Source of the DNA: a virus
Strand: one strand, 5' to 3'
Length of the DNA stretch: 44,732 nt
IMG/VR virus record: IMGVR_UViG_3300000948_000001
Coordinates: 1 to 44,732 of that record
Positions 34,189-42,077 of the stretch are shown one piece after another (positions within the stretch are counted from its first letter, which is position 1; the number at the start of each line of letters is the position of its first letter). The notes beneath the pieces are model-generated. The model worked only from the letters and a program-made list of their open reading frames with translations. It did not search any database and was not told where the DNA came from. The translations under genes and the position numbers were made by a program.

Positions 34189-34529
34189 GTAATAACTATC
34201 CACGTCGTGCCGTTGTGACACCAGGAAGTAAGGCAACTTTTTGGGTTGACCTAGTTGATGAATCAATGGGAAGGCCAATTGATCTTTCTGCTTACACAAG
34301 TGGGAAAGCGGTTTTCTGTAATTGTGATGGGGACAAGGTTGAAGTCTCTATTAATTTAAGCACTGATGACGCAAAATGTGGTTCGGTTCTTATCAATATA
34401 CCTAGCTCCGATACTGTTAAGTTTGACGAGCAAAGCAAGGATTTTGATTTTGAATTCGCCGATGCCAACGACACAACAATCATTCCCGTTTACGATATGA
34501 TTGAGATCGTTGCTAGGAATTGTCCTTAA
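34185..34529 (+). CDS. hypothetical protein (114 aa), last gene of the + late operon
   Basis: ATGA coupling. Confidence 0.55.
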   Translation: MSNNYPRRAVVTPGSKATFWVDLVDESMGRPIDLSAYTSGKAVFCNCDGDKVEVSINLSTDDAKCGSVLINIPSSDTVKFDEQSKDFDFEFADANDTTIIPVYDMIEIVARNCP

Positions 34530-35493
34530 TTTTTTTGTAAGTTATTCTTTTCGTTATACGTGGTTTAGTATGTCTTTTATACTTTTCCACGATTATACCC
34601 TTTAGTATATGAGGGTTTTCTTTTACCAACATCTCATAGTCAACATACTCTTTAGGCTTGCTGGTAGTCACCGATATCTTATTGCCGTCTATCATAACCT
34701 TATCACTATAAGGTTTTATCATTTCAAATATTTCGTTTTTAATTGTTTTTATTTTCTGTTCTAGTTGCTTACATTTTGATTCAAACCCAGAGCACTCGTT
34801 AACTAAATCCTTAAGTTGACTGTCTTGTAAGTCGATAAACTCATTGGTGGTCGTGGCTATTCCCATTGGTGGTGTTTTCGTTTTCAAACCTTCGATGAAC
34901 GCCAACAATTCAGGTTGATACTCTTCATTCATGTATTTTTCATCTTCTATAGAAAGAGAAAATCTAACATGTTTAAAGAGTAACTTCCCTCGCCCTAGTG
35001 TAGGGAACACCTTATCATCAACCACGACACTAAAATAAAAGTCACGACCACCCGTTGTTAAGCAATGGTGAATAACCTGTGGATAGTATTGCTCCGAGAC
35101 ACGTTCACGCAGTGGCAAAAGCTCATTTATAAAGTTGTTATACTTAACCCTGCCGACATATTTACACTCCCAAAACAAAGGGTTTCCCTGTTTATCGGCT
35201 TCACAAAAACCATCGACAGAACTTATGATAAAGTCGTTGTCTTCTTTTACAAAAACCTCGGGCTTCCATATTAATCCCGTCTCTTTTTCAAGGTCGAGCA
35301 GGGCTAAATCTTCATACGTATTACCTTTATCGGTCACAAATTTATTGACCTTGCGAGGTTCACGCTTGCCTGTCTTTTCTAAATATAAGTCATAGATGTT
35401 CTTATACGGGCTTACGTCCATGATCACAGGTGCATCACTTGAACCCACCTTTTTTGATCTATATTCTAACCACTCTTTGCTTCCCTGAATCAT
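34513..35493 (-). CDS. YqaJ-type (lambda Exo-like) recombination exonuclease with a C-terminal coiled-coil extension
   Basis: N-terminal GSKEWLEYRSKKVGSSDAPVIM...YL. signature of the YqaJ domain. Confidence 0.85.
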   Translation of the reverse strand: MIQGSKEWLEYRSKKVGSSDAPVIMDVSPYKNIYDLYLEKTGKREPRKVNKFVTDKGNTYEDLALLDLEKETGLIWKPEVFVKEDNDFIISSVDGFCEADKQGNPLFWECKYVGRVKYNNFINELLPLRERVSEQYYPQVIHHCLTTGGRDFYFSVVVDDKVFPTLGRGKLLFKHVRFSLSIEDEKYMNEEYQPELLAFIEGLKTKTPPMGIATTTNEFIDLQDSQLKDLVNECSGFESKCKQLEQKIKTIKNEIFEMIKPYSDKVMIDGNKISVTTSKPKEYVDYEMLVKENPHILKGIIVEKYKRHTKPRITKRITYKKIKDNS

Positions 35494-35756
35494 AAATCTT
35501 TCTCACAAATTTCCATAAGTCTAATATCTAGATCATAGCGTTTTATAAGACCATCTTTAGCACGAGCTACATGGGTATACCTACATGCATGTACACCAGC
35601 GTGGATACTTTCCATAAGTGTTATGTGTGAGGTGTCGATTTTTTTCTCGTCCAAATAAATAGGTATTATTACTTCTATCGTACGATTTCTCATTAAAGCG
35701 TTTTGAATAATAGGCTCAATGATTCTTTTAAGATTTTTCTTTAACCATTTTTTCAT
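35490..35756 (-). CDS. hypothetical protein (88 aa)
   Basis: ATGA-coupled ORF. Confidence 0.55.
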   Translation of the reverse strand: MKKWLKKNLKRIIEPIIQNALMRNRTIEVIIPIYLDEKKIDTSHITLMESIHAGVHACRYTHVARAKDGLIKRYDLDIRLMEICEKDL

Positions 35757-36184
35757 TTACATTGCTCCCATGTTTCACCATATCCCAGTTCCCAATCACT
35801 CCATTCTTCAGGGGCTTTAATTTCATCCCATTCAATAACCACTAAACCTGTGTAAGGGTACCAGTTTGATTGACATTTGGTTTTATGGAAATCCTCATCA
35901 AAGCACCTTGTAGGAGCTTCCTTCTGATCAACCCAAACAATTTTAGGCCGATACCAACTTATAATTTTTGGTTCTGGTTTTAGTATTTCCCAGTTATCGT
36001 TGGCTGCGTGTTTATTTAAATCTACATTACAATGTCCAAAAAAATCATCTTCGTGAGTTTTCATCATAAATCGCTCTTCAGATTCCGAGAACTGTAATAT
36101 AAAAGAAACCTTTTCGGCACATTTATACTTAATTTTCACTTTAGGGTTTTTTCTAGCTATTTCTAAAGCTTCCCATCCTTTCAT
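35753..36184 (-). CDS. fusion of a DUF2829-like N-terminal domain and a WYRP...WEQC C-terminal domain
   Basis: The N-terminus MKGWEALEIARKNPK...NDNWEIL parallels 38248..38433. The C-terminus KIISWYRPKIVW...WEQCK parallels 37087..37425. ATG 36184 lies 8 nt after GGGAG; the track start is 36190. Confidence 0.6.
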   Translation of the reverse strand: MKGWEALEIARKNPKVKIKYKCAEKVSFILQFSESEERFMMKTHEDDFFGHCNVDLNKHAANDNWEILKPEPKIISWYRPKIVWVDQKEAPTRCFDEDFHKTKCQSNWYPYTGLVVIEWDEIKAPEEWSDWELGYGETWEQCK

Positions 36185-36291
36185 TCGCATTGCTCCCGCA
36201 TTAATAGATTAAAGAAAACTAATTTCATTCCGATATGTAAAACATATATTTATGAACTTTGGTTATGAGACTATTACAGTCTCGTAACCTA

Positions 36292-36648
36292 TTAATACAT
36301 ATCCCTTTGCCTATTAAGGATATCTGTTAGCTTTTTATTTTCTTTTAATAAGTCTTTATTTATAAGATCAACCATTTCTTTTTTGTTTTCTTGAAATATT
36401 AAGCGTCTGAATCTAACGCCGTATTCACTTTTAAAATAAGAAGTCTTAAGATCATTTTCATATTCATTTCTTAAAACATTTCTATAATTAGTCCAAGTAT
36501 CACTTTCAATATGTGGCATTAAATCTACATACATATTACCTAAAATTTCTTCACATATAGCTTTCATTTTTTTCTTAAAGGTGTCCATATACGCTTGACC
36601 TTGTTTATCTAATTCATCTAGGTCGTATTTTAATTCTTCTTTTTTCAT
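36292..36648 (-). CDS. hypothetical protein (118 aa)
   Basis: ATGA-coupled ORF. Confidence 0.55.
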   Translation of the reverse strand: MKKEELKYDLDELDKQGQAYMDTFKKKMKAICEEILGNMYVDLMPHIESDTWTNYRNVLRNEYENDLKTSYFKSEYGVRFRRLIFQENKKEMVDLINKDLLKENKKLTDILNRQRDMY

Positions 36649-36842
36649 TTGTATTTCTCTTTATTTAGGATTTTTTTAGCACCAATACCTTCTAAAAAAG
36701 CAGGCATATAATAGTAGTCTATATGTACTTTATTAGTTATTTTTACACCATCGTAAGTAAACAAAATAAGATCATAAGGAGTTTTCTTATAGTAAGCACC
36801 ATCACCAATATAGTGACAATCTAATAGTAGTTCTTCACTCAT
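36645..36842 (-). CDS. hypothetical protein, GDGAY/FTYDG family (paralog of 2738..2935)
   Basis: IGDGAYY....Y.LILFTYDGVKITNKV. Confidence 0.7.
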   Translation of the reverse strand: MSEELLLDCHYIGDGAYYKKTPYDLILFTYDGVKITNKVHIDYYYMPAFLEGIGAKKILNKEKYK

Positions 36843-37090
36843 AACTTGCTCCCTATGTCATCATAACGTTCCGTGGCTTTTGTTATTGTATCCAAATCAA
36901 TCCAATATTCATGATACCAATTGCTTGGCATAGGTCTGTTTTTATAATTCCAAACATGCCGAGGGTGGCCACCAAATTCTAATACAACATATTCGACTTT
37001 ATTGCGGTTTGAATGACATCTTAATTTACAAAAATATTTTTTGCCCGCTTCAGGAAAACCATAACGCTTAAATAATTTTTCGCAATTCAT
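36839..37090 (-). CDS. hypothetical Cys-containing protein
   Basis: ORF; likely ATG 37090, 8 nt after GGGAG; the track start is 37105. Confidence 0.5.
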   Translation of the reverse strand: MNCEKLFKRYGFPEAGKKYFCKLRCHSNRNKVEYVVLEFGGHPRHVWNYKNRPMPSNWYHEYWIDLDTITKATERYDDIGSKL

Positions 37091-37425
37091 TCGCATTGCT
37101 CCCAATTATCTGGTGCTTCTACGGTTTCCCAATCAATTACTTTATAAATTCCATCGTCTAATTCCATAAGGCCGTCATCATCCAGCCATTGTTCTTTGCT
37201 TGCTCTAAGAGACAATTTGATATGAGATGCTTTATTTGGCAGTTTATTGCCAAACTTCCATATGACGCTAGGACGATACCAAGTGATCTTTTTTGACTTA
37301 TCTTTTATTTTACAATCTTCACAAATAGGATCTATTTCATGTAAAAAAGAATCCGAGCACTCTCTACATTCACAGCTCATTGAAAATATATGCTTTATGT
37401 TACTCATATAATACTGTTCACTCAT
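37087..37425 (-). CDS. zinc-ribbon plus WYRP...WEQC domain protein
   Basis: CECRECSD...ICEDCK; the C-terminal KITWYRPSVIW...VIDWETVEAPDNWEQCE is paralogous to the C-terminal half of 35753..36184. Confidence 0.6.
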   Translation of the reverse strand: MSEQYYMSNIKHIFSMSCECRECSDSFLHEIDPICEDCKIKDKSKKITWYRPSVIWKFGNKLPNKASHIKLSLRASKEQWLDDDGLMELDDGIYKVIDWETVEAPDNWEQCE

Positions 37426-37430
37426 TGATA

Positions 37431-37658
37431 TTACTCCATTTGATCACTTTTAATAGCTTTGCCAATCCACATAAAACATTCTTGTAGTTTTGACATAGCC
37501 TGTTCAAGTTCATTTTGAGCTGCTAAGTTAGCGAAAGGAATCTCAGCAATAAGTTGTTCAAGCTCAATAACAAAACCTTTTGCTTTTTCATGCATTTCTA
37601 AATGCTTTCCAACAAACTCAATGTTGTCAAATGTAGTTAGTGTTTTGTCTTTATCCAT
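37431..37658 (-). CDS. hypothetical helical protein (75 aa)
   Basis: ORF in the operon. Confidence 0.55.
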   Translation of the reverse strand: MDKDKTLTTFDNIEFVGKHLEMHEKAKGFVIELEQLIAEIPFANLAAQNELEQAMSKLQECFMWIGKAIKSDQME

Positions 37659-38126
37659 TTAAACCTCTGTCTCATGAACTTCTGTTGTTGTTGTGTCGTT
37701 TGAGTAAATAGTATTCGTGTGCGAGTCATTTGGTATAATTTGTTCATATTGTTTCGACTCATTCACAGTCGTTGTTCTCATGATTTCTTTGTTTCTAAAA
37801 ACCTGACTAACTAAGCCCTTAACTGATTGGTATTTCTCTTCCGACATTTTAGCTTTGTTTTCTGCAAGTGTTAGTTCCATTCGGTATTCTCTTCGTGTCA
37901 GTTCGGATTCTTTTTCTTGTAAGTATTTTTCAGATTTTACATTTTCCTTTAGTTTTTTATTTTCCTGAGAAAGCTTGTCTAATCTTTCTTGAAAATATTT
38001 ACTGCCGTCTTCAGCTATCTTAAGCCTTTCCCTTAAACACTCATTGTCTTCAATAATCTTATTTAGCTCTTTACCAATAGCTTCTGGCAAGTTTTTTTCT
38101 ATTGCAATTTGTATTTCTTCAATCAT
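37659..38126 (-). CDS. coiled-coil hypothetical protein
   Basis: ATG 38126 follows an AGGAGA RBS; the track start at 38153 is TTG. Confidence 0.55.
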   Translation of the reverse strand: MIEEIQIAIEKNLPEAIGKELNKIIEDNECLRERLKIAEDGSKYFQERLDKLSQENKKLKENVKSEKYLQEKESELTRREYRMELTLAENKAKMSEEKYQSVKGLVSQVFRNKEIMRTTTVNESKQYEQIIPNDSHTNTIYSNDTTTTEVHETEV

Positions 38127-38136
38127 TGCGTTTCTC

Positions 38137-38247
38137 CTAATCTTTACTATCAAATAAAAAGCACCACAGTTTATAAAACAAGAATGTTAGCGGTATTGTC
38201 ATGACTGCTTGTGCTATGAAATTAGCTATTATGTAATTCCAATTCAT
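38137..38247 (-). CDS. small hydrophobic peptide (36 aa), not in the ORF track
   Basis: The ATG directly abuts the upstream stop (TAGATG). Hand translation MNWNYIIANFIAQAVMTIPLTFLFYKLWCFLFDSKD. The stop lies in the RBS of the next gene. Confidence 0.4.
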   Translation of the reverse strand: MNWNYIIANFIAQAVMTIPLTFLFYKLWCFLFDSKD

Positions 38248-38433
38248 CTATAATATCTCCCAATCGGTTTCAGAAAAATTACAAATCAAATATTCGTCGG
38301 TATGAACAACGTGCTTCTCATTAAAAAGATTGTTTTTAACAAAGTAAAACCAACGGTCATTCCAAGTGCTCCGCCTTATCCTAGTCCCCGGATATTTCCT
38401 TGCAACTTCAAGTGCTCGCCACCCAAGTATCAT
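38248..38433 (-). CDS. DUF2829-like small protein (Tad2-family candidate)
   Basis: MILGWRALEVARKYPGTRIRRSTWN...SETDWEIL fits the DUF2829 end-to-end pattern as I recall it. Confidence 0.5.
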   Translation of the reverse strand: MILGWRALEVARKYPGTRIRRSTWNDRWFYFVKNNLFNEKHVVHTDEYLICNFSETDWEIL

Positions 38434-38654
38434 TACATAAACCCGTATCTTCTAAATAACTCATTACCAAAATCACCGGCGTCATCCCACATGACCATAG
38501 CCATAACTAGTAGTGGAAAAGATTGGCTTATTTTTTCTTTGTTTTGAGGATCGGCCTTTTGAATCAACGTGCAAAGTAAGTTGAAAAAACTTCCAGTGTT
38601 ATTGTATTGCCAGTCATATATATGACCTACGGCCCGCTTCAGATCATCATCCAT
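38433..38654 (-). CDS. hypothetical protein (73 aa)
   Basis: ORF in the operon, with 1-nt overlap coupling. Confidence 0.55.
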   Translation of the reverse strand: MDDDLKRAVGHIYDWQYNNTGSFFNLLCTLIQKADPQNKEKISQSFPLLVMAMVMWDDAGDFGNELFRRYGFM

Positions 38655-38765
38655 AGGTATCTAGTCCTTTCCTAGTCGATGTCTGTTTGTATTACCTTAC
38701 GTAGGCCGCATTTACTACATATTTTTGATTTTGTTTGTGATGACTGCCAGATAGACCAGTCATGC

Positions 38766-39110
38766 CTACACCCTCGTATACTCTTTAAGCCTGTCTTCAA
38801 CTTGCTCAATCGACCATGCAACCAACGCAACGCCGCCTTGCTCGTTGATGTGATCAATAAAATTGGTTTGGGCTTGAGATGGTTTTTGTTTTTTAGACCG
38901 CTTAACCTCAATGGCAAGTAGCCTTCCGTCAGGTAAGATTCCGAGGATGTCAGAAATCCCGTTCTTGTCGTACTTTGATTTTCTTCGGTAAGCACCTGCC
39001 CTTTGGTCGTAAACCGAAGCGGAGTTATTTCGCCACGCAAAAATCCCGACGAAGTATAACCATTCGAGGATCGAGTTTTGAATCTCGTTTTCAGATAGTA
39101 CATGATGCAT
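38766..39110 (-). CDS. VRR-NUC domain nuclease
   Basis: E.EIQ..I..WL......AWR.N......GISDILGILP.GR.LAIEVK......S..Q..F pattern of VRR-NUC (PD-(D/E)xK). Confidence 0.8.
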   Translation of the reverse strand: MHHVLSENEIQNSILEWLYFVGIFAWRNNSASVYDQRAGAYRRKSKYDKNGISDILGILPDGRLLAIEVKRSKKQKPSQAQTNFIDHINEQGGVALVAWSIEQVEDRLKEYTRV

Positions 39111-39119
39111 TTAAAAAGT

Positions 39120-40637
39120 TTATTCATAAACCCTCTGTTTGACAAACCTATTATTATACTGGTTTAGTATAACGTACTTTGGCATTCCCCTTTGTTCATC
39201 ATCTAAAAACTTCCTGTAATCACGGTTAGCGTAATTCCTTGGTATATGCTGTACCTTTTCACCTGATATGGTTTGGTAAAATATCAAAACAGCTGCTTTG
39301 CCAGTCGATTTTGTTTTGTGATCCCATTTTATACGCCAACTAAACACAGACAATTTGTTGTCTCTTTCGGGATCATAAGGCAGCAAGTTCAAGGCCCGCA
39401 AGCGGTCCACTTCTCTGTCATCTTTTAAGTAGTTATAGCCACAGTTTTCACATTTGCTTATTGGTGCAAAGTTAAGGCTCCTACACGATGGGCATATGAT
39501 TGCCTTTGGGCTATCTACTTTCTTCTCTCGCTTCTTTCTAATGTATGGATCACTGGGATGCCCTAAAGACGCCACAACGTCACCGTAGTCTAAGAATAAG
39601 CAATCATCCTTTCCTTCATACGGCCTTAATCCACGGCCTATCATTTGAACATATAAAGTTGGTGAGCGGGTTGGCCTCATGCATACCACAGAATCAATAC
39701 AAGGAATGTCAGTGCCTTCTGAGAGCTTGGTCACAGACACCAAATGATTTATTTCACCATGCGAAAAAGCTCTAACTAATTCAGCTTGCCTATCTGGTGA
39801 TCCATTTCTGGAGTGAACACACACGACACGCTCACAGTGAGCCATAAGCTCAATCTCAACCTGTTCAGCGTGATCAATTGACGTGCAACACCATATTGTT
39901 TTGCTTCGTTTCTCAAGGGCTTTTAAAGCCGAAGCCACTTGTCTTTTGATCTTCTGGGGGTTGCTGGTCACCATTGCCAAAAGATCCTTACCAACAAATT
40001 CGCCTTTATCGTCACGCCTTAACTCGCTGGTGTCATACTTATCTTTACCCTCACTGAATATTGGCTTAACAAGGTGGCCTTGCTTAATGAGCTCTGTCAT
40101 TCCAATCTCAAAACAAGGCCCTTTAATTTCTTCGCCTTCACCGTAAACAAAACCACGGTCGGCGTAAGGTGTTGCTGTAAAGTAAACGCTTTTTAGTTTT
40201 GGGTTTGTGGCTAGTAGTTTGGCTTTGTACTCATGGTAAGACTTGCGTTTATGAAACCTATGGTATTCATCAACAATAAGAAGATTGATTTTAATATCAC
40301 GCTTTTTTATAGAATCAATCGACCCGATTATTATTTCGTTATCTAATTCTTTTTTATTAAGTGATCCACAATATATTGAAACGTTTAGATCTTTAGCGAA
40401 TTGGTTTAGCTTTTCTTGTGCTTGAGTTACAAGGTCAACCTTGTGGACAAGTATCATCACTCGAAAAGGTTCATCTTTTCTAAATCGCCGCATTTTCTCA
40501 AAGCAAAACTCGATGAACTTCACAAACACAACTGTTTTTCCGCTGCCTGTCGCAGCTACAACCAATGCGGAAGGAAGCTTTCCTATTTCACTCCAAATGC
40601 TTTCGATACATTTTTTTTGATACTCTCTGAGGTGCAT
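39120..40637 (-). CDS. superfamily 2 DEAD/DEAH-box helicase with a C-terminal zinc ribbon
   Basis: Motif I AATGSGKT, motif II VDEYH, motif III TATP, motif VI QMIGRGLR; CPSC...CENCG. Confidence 0.9.
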   Translation of the reverse strand: MHLREYQKKCIESIWSEIGKLPSALVVAATGSGKTVVFVKFIEFCFEKMRRFRKDEPFRVMILVHKVDLVTQAQEKLNQFAKDLNVSIYCGSLNKKELDNEIIIGSIDSIKKRDIKINLLIVDEYHRFHKRKSYHEYKAKLLATNPKLKSVYFTATPYADRGFVYGEGEEIKGPCFEIGMTELIKQGHLVKPIFSEGKDKYDTSELRRDDKGEFVGKDLLAMVTSNPQKIKRQVASALKALEKRSKTIWCCTSIDHAEQVEIELMAHCERVVCVHSRNGSPDRQAELVRAFSHGEINHLVSVTKLSEGTDIPCIDSVVCMRPTRSPTLYVQMIGRGLRPYEGKDDCLFLDYGDVVASLGHPSDPYIRKKREKKVDSPKAIICPSCRSLNFAPISKCENCGYNYLKDDREVDRLRALNLLPYDPERDNKLSVFSWRIKWDHKTKSTGKAAVLIFYQTISGEKVQHIPRNYANRDYRKFLDDEQRGMPKYVILNQYNNRFVKQRVYE

Positions 40638-40656
40638 ATTAGTTCTTGGTTTTTCA

Positions 40657-40887
40657 TTAGTTTATAGTCTCATTATAAGGCTCTATAGCTGTCGCATCGT
40701 TGCTATTTTCTTCGCCTATAGCTGCAAGGATGTCATCAAGTTCATCACCCATAGTGTTAAGCCGCTCTTCTAAAACTTCTAGCTGTTCAAGTGCGGTATA
40801 CATGTCAAGCATCCCAATCCTACCCGCTTGCACTGCTAGTGCTTTAACACGTTCTGAGAAATTTAAAACAAAACCTCTTAAAGCCAT
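40657..40887 (-). CDS. hypothetical acidic protein (76 aa)
   Basis: ORF ending 19 nt before the helicase start. Confidence 0.55.
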   Translation of the reverse strand: MALRGFVLNFSERVKALAVQAGRIGMLDMYTALEQLEVLEERLNTMGDELDDILAAIGEENSNDATAIEPYNETIN

Positions 40888-40907
40888 AATCTAAACCCTT
40901 ATTAATA

Positions 40908-40986
40908 GGCAAAGTAGGCTGGGCTTTCACCAACATATCCCGCTCTCCCCTAGGAAGCAGGTGCCTTAAACGCACGTGACAGCGTT
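40908..40986 (-). other. GC-rich non-coding island (possible structured RNA or terminator)
   Basis: Roughly 60% G+C by hand count within an AT-rich operon. It contains a CACGTG palindrome and an AAACGC-N8-GCGTTT hairpin on the minus strand just after the SSB-like gene. Confidence 0.3.
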
Positions 40987-41018
40987 TTATTAGACTACTA
41001 CTTTATATTAATAATAGT

Positions 41019-41474
41019 TTAGAATGGAACGTCATCCGTGTCATCAACCTTGATATCTTCAATTAGTTTTTTGTAATGTGAGATTCTGTTCTTGTCACCA
41101 TACTCTTCGGACTTCTCTATTTTTACCTTTGCCGCAGCTTTCAAACCAACAAAATCCTTAAGATCCATTTTGTTTATCTCGTCTTTAGCAATGCCTGCTC
41201 TTAAGGCAAAGGTGCCTAATTTTTGTAAAACTTGCGAATTATATTTACTGTTATCTGTAAAAGGGTAAATGTTGTTGTATAAAATACGACCAGAATGCTT
41301 TGGACCTAATACTTTAAACGTCATAGAGATTGACTGTTTACCGCTGTAATCGTTGGTTCGAACTTCGATGTTATCACACTGAAGGTTATAGTCACCGGCT
41401 GGCAAAAGATTATTGTCGGACGCTACAATATCGTCTGGATTAATTTTTGACATCGCTTCTTTGAAAATACTCAT
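41019..41474 (-). CDS. ssDNA-binding protein candidate (DUF669-like) with an SSB-type acidic tail
   Basis: LPAGDY......E......G...I...F.V pattern. The C-terminal DDTDDVPF resembles the bacterial SSB DDDIPF tip. It neighbours the Sak4-like ATPase. Confidence 0.55.
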   Translation of the reverse strand: MSIFKEAMSKINPDDIVASDNNLLPAGDYNLQCDNIEVRTNDYSGKQSISMTFKVLGPKHSGRILYNNIYPFTDNSKYNSQVLQKLGTFALRAGIAKDEINKMDLKDFVGLKAAAKVKIEKSEEYGDKNRISHYKKLIEDIKVDDTDDVPF

Positions 41475-41722
41475 TTTAATTCTCCCTTTGGTTCTTGGTT
41501 TATCTTTAGCGTATCGAAATGAACGCTATAAGTTTCTTTTTGTTGCAGCCTAACACGTTGCTGAATTCGGTTAGACGCTTGCTCGGTAATTGGTTTATCA
41601 GTTTTGAAATATATTTTTTTATGAATATGATCCAAGCTTGATTCAATAACTTCATAACCCATAGCTTTTAACGTTACGGTGCAATCAATTTCTATTTGAG
41701 TGTTACTTTTTTTCATAGACAT
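41471..41722 (-). CDS. hypothetical protein (83 aa)
   Basis: ATGA-coupled ORF. Confidence 0.55.
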   Translation of the reverse strand: MSMKKSNTQIEIDCTVTLKAMGYEVIESSLDHIHKKIYFKTDKPITEQASNRIQQRVRLQQKETYSVHFDTLKINQEPKGELK

Positions 41723-42075
41723 CCCTCTTTTTTTGATAAATGTAAATAAGCAACCAATTCAGTTCTTAAAACACCGTCATATTTCTCTTCATATCTCTCA
41801 ACTTTAATACTAGCGACTCTATGATTGTCTTGATATGCCATAATCTTTGATTGAATTTTTGATTCAAAATCTTTTATTGAAAGAATGTCACGTCTTTTAG
41901 TTTCTTGATCTATGTGTCTTTGTCTTATTATAAAAAAATGATCAGATTGAAGATGTAAATCAGATCTCGGTGTCATTTGAAGTTTCAAATATTTTTTAAA
42001 TTCTAAGTCTTCTTTTTCATTTTGTGACTTTTTTAATTCTTTTTTTGTTAGTAATTCCATACCTATTACGTTCAT
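41713..42075 (-). CDS. hypothetical protein (120 aa)
   Basis: ORF in the operon. Confidence 0.55.
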   Translation of the reverse strand: MNVIGMELLTKKELKKSQNEKEDLEFKKYLKLQMTPRSDLHLQSDHFFIIRQRHIDQETKRRDILSIKDFESKIQSKIMAYQDNHRVASIKVERYEEKYDGVLRTELVAYLHLSKKEGCL

Positions 42076-42077
42076 AA

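Noticed and set aside
38672-39145. 157-aa minus-strand ORF overlapping the VRR-NUC gene in another frame.
   Set aside because: The 38766..39110 frame carries the recognisable VRR-NUC motifs and fits the helicase stop/start spacing. The longer ORF overlaps the helicase 3' end and has no recognisable features.
40908-40986. The GC-rich island as an attP core matching a host tRNA 3' end.
   Set aside because: No integrase or excisionase gene is present in the complete genome, and the sequence lacks a T-arm/CCA-like signature. I kept it only as an unexplained structured element.
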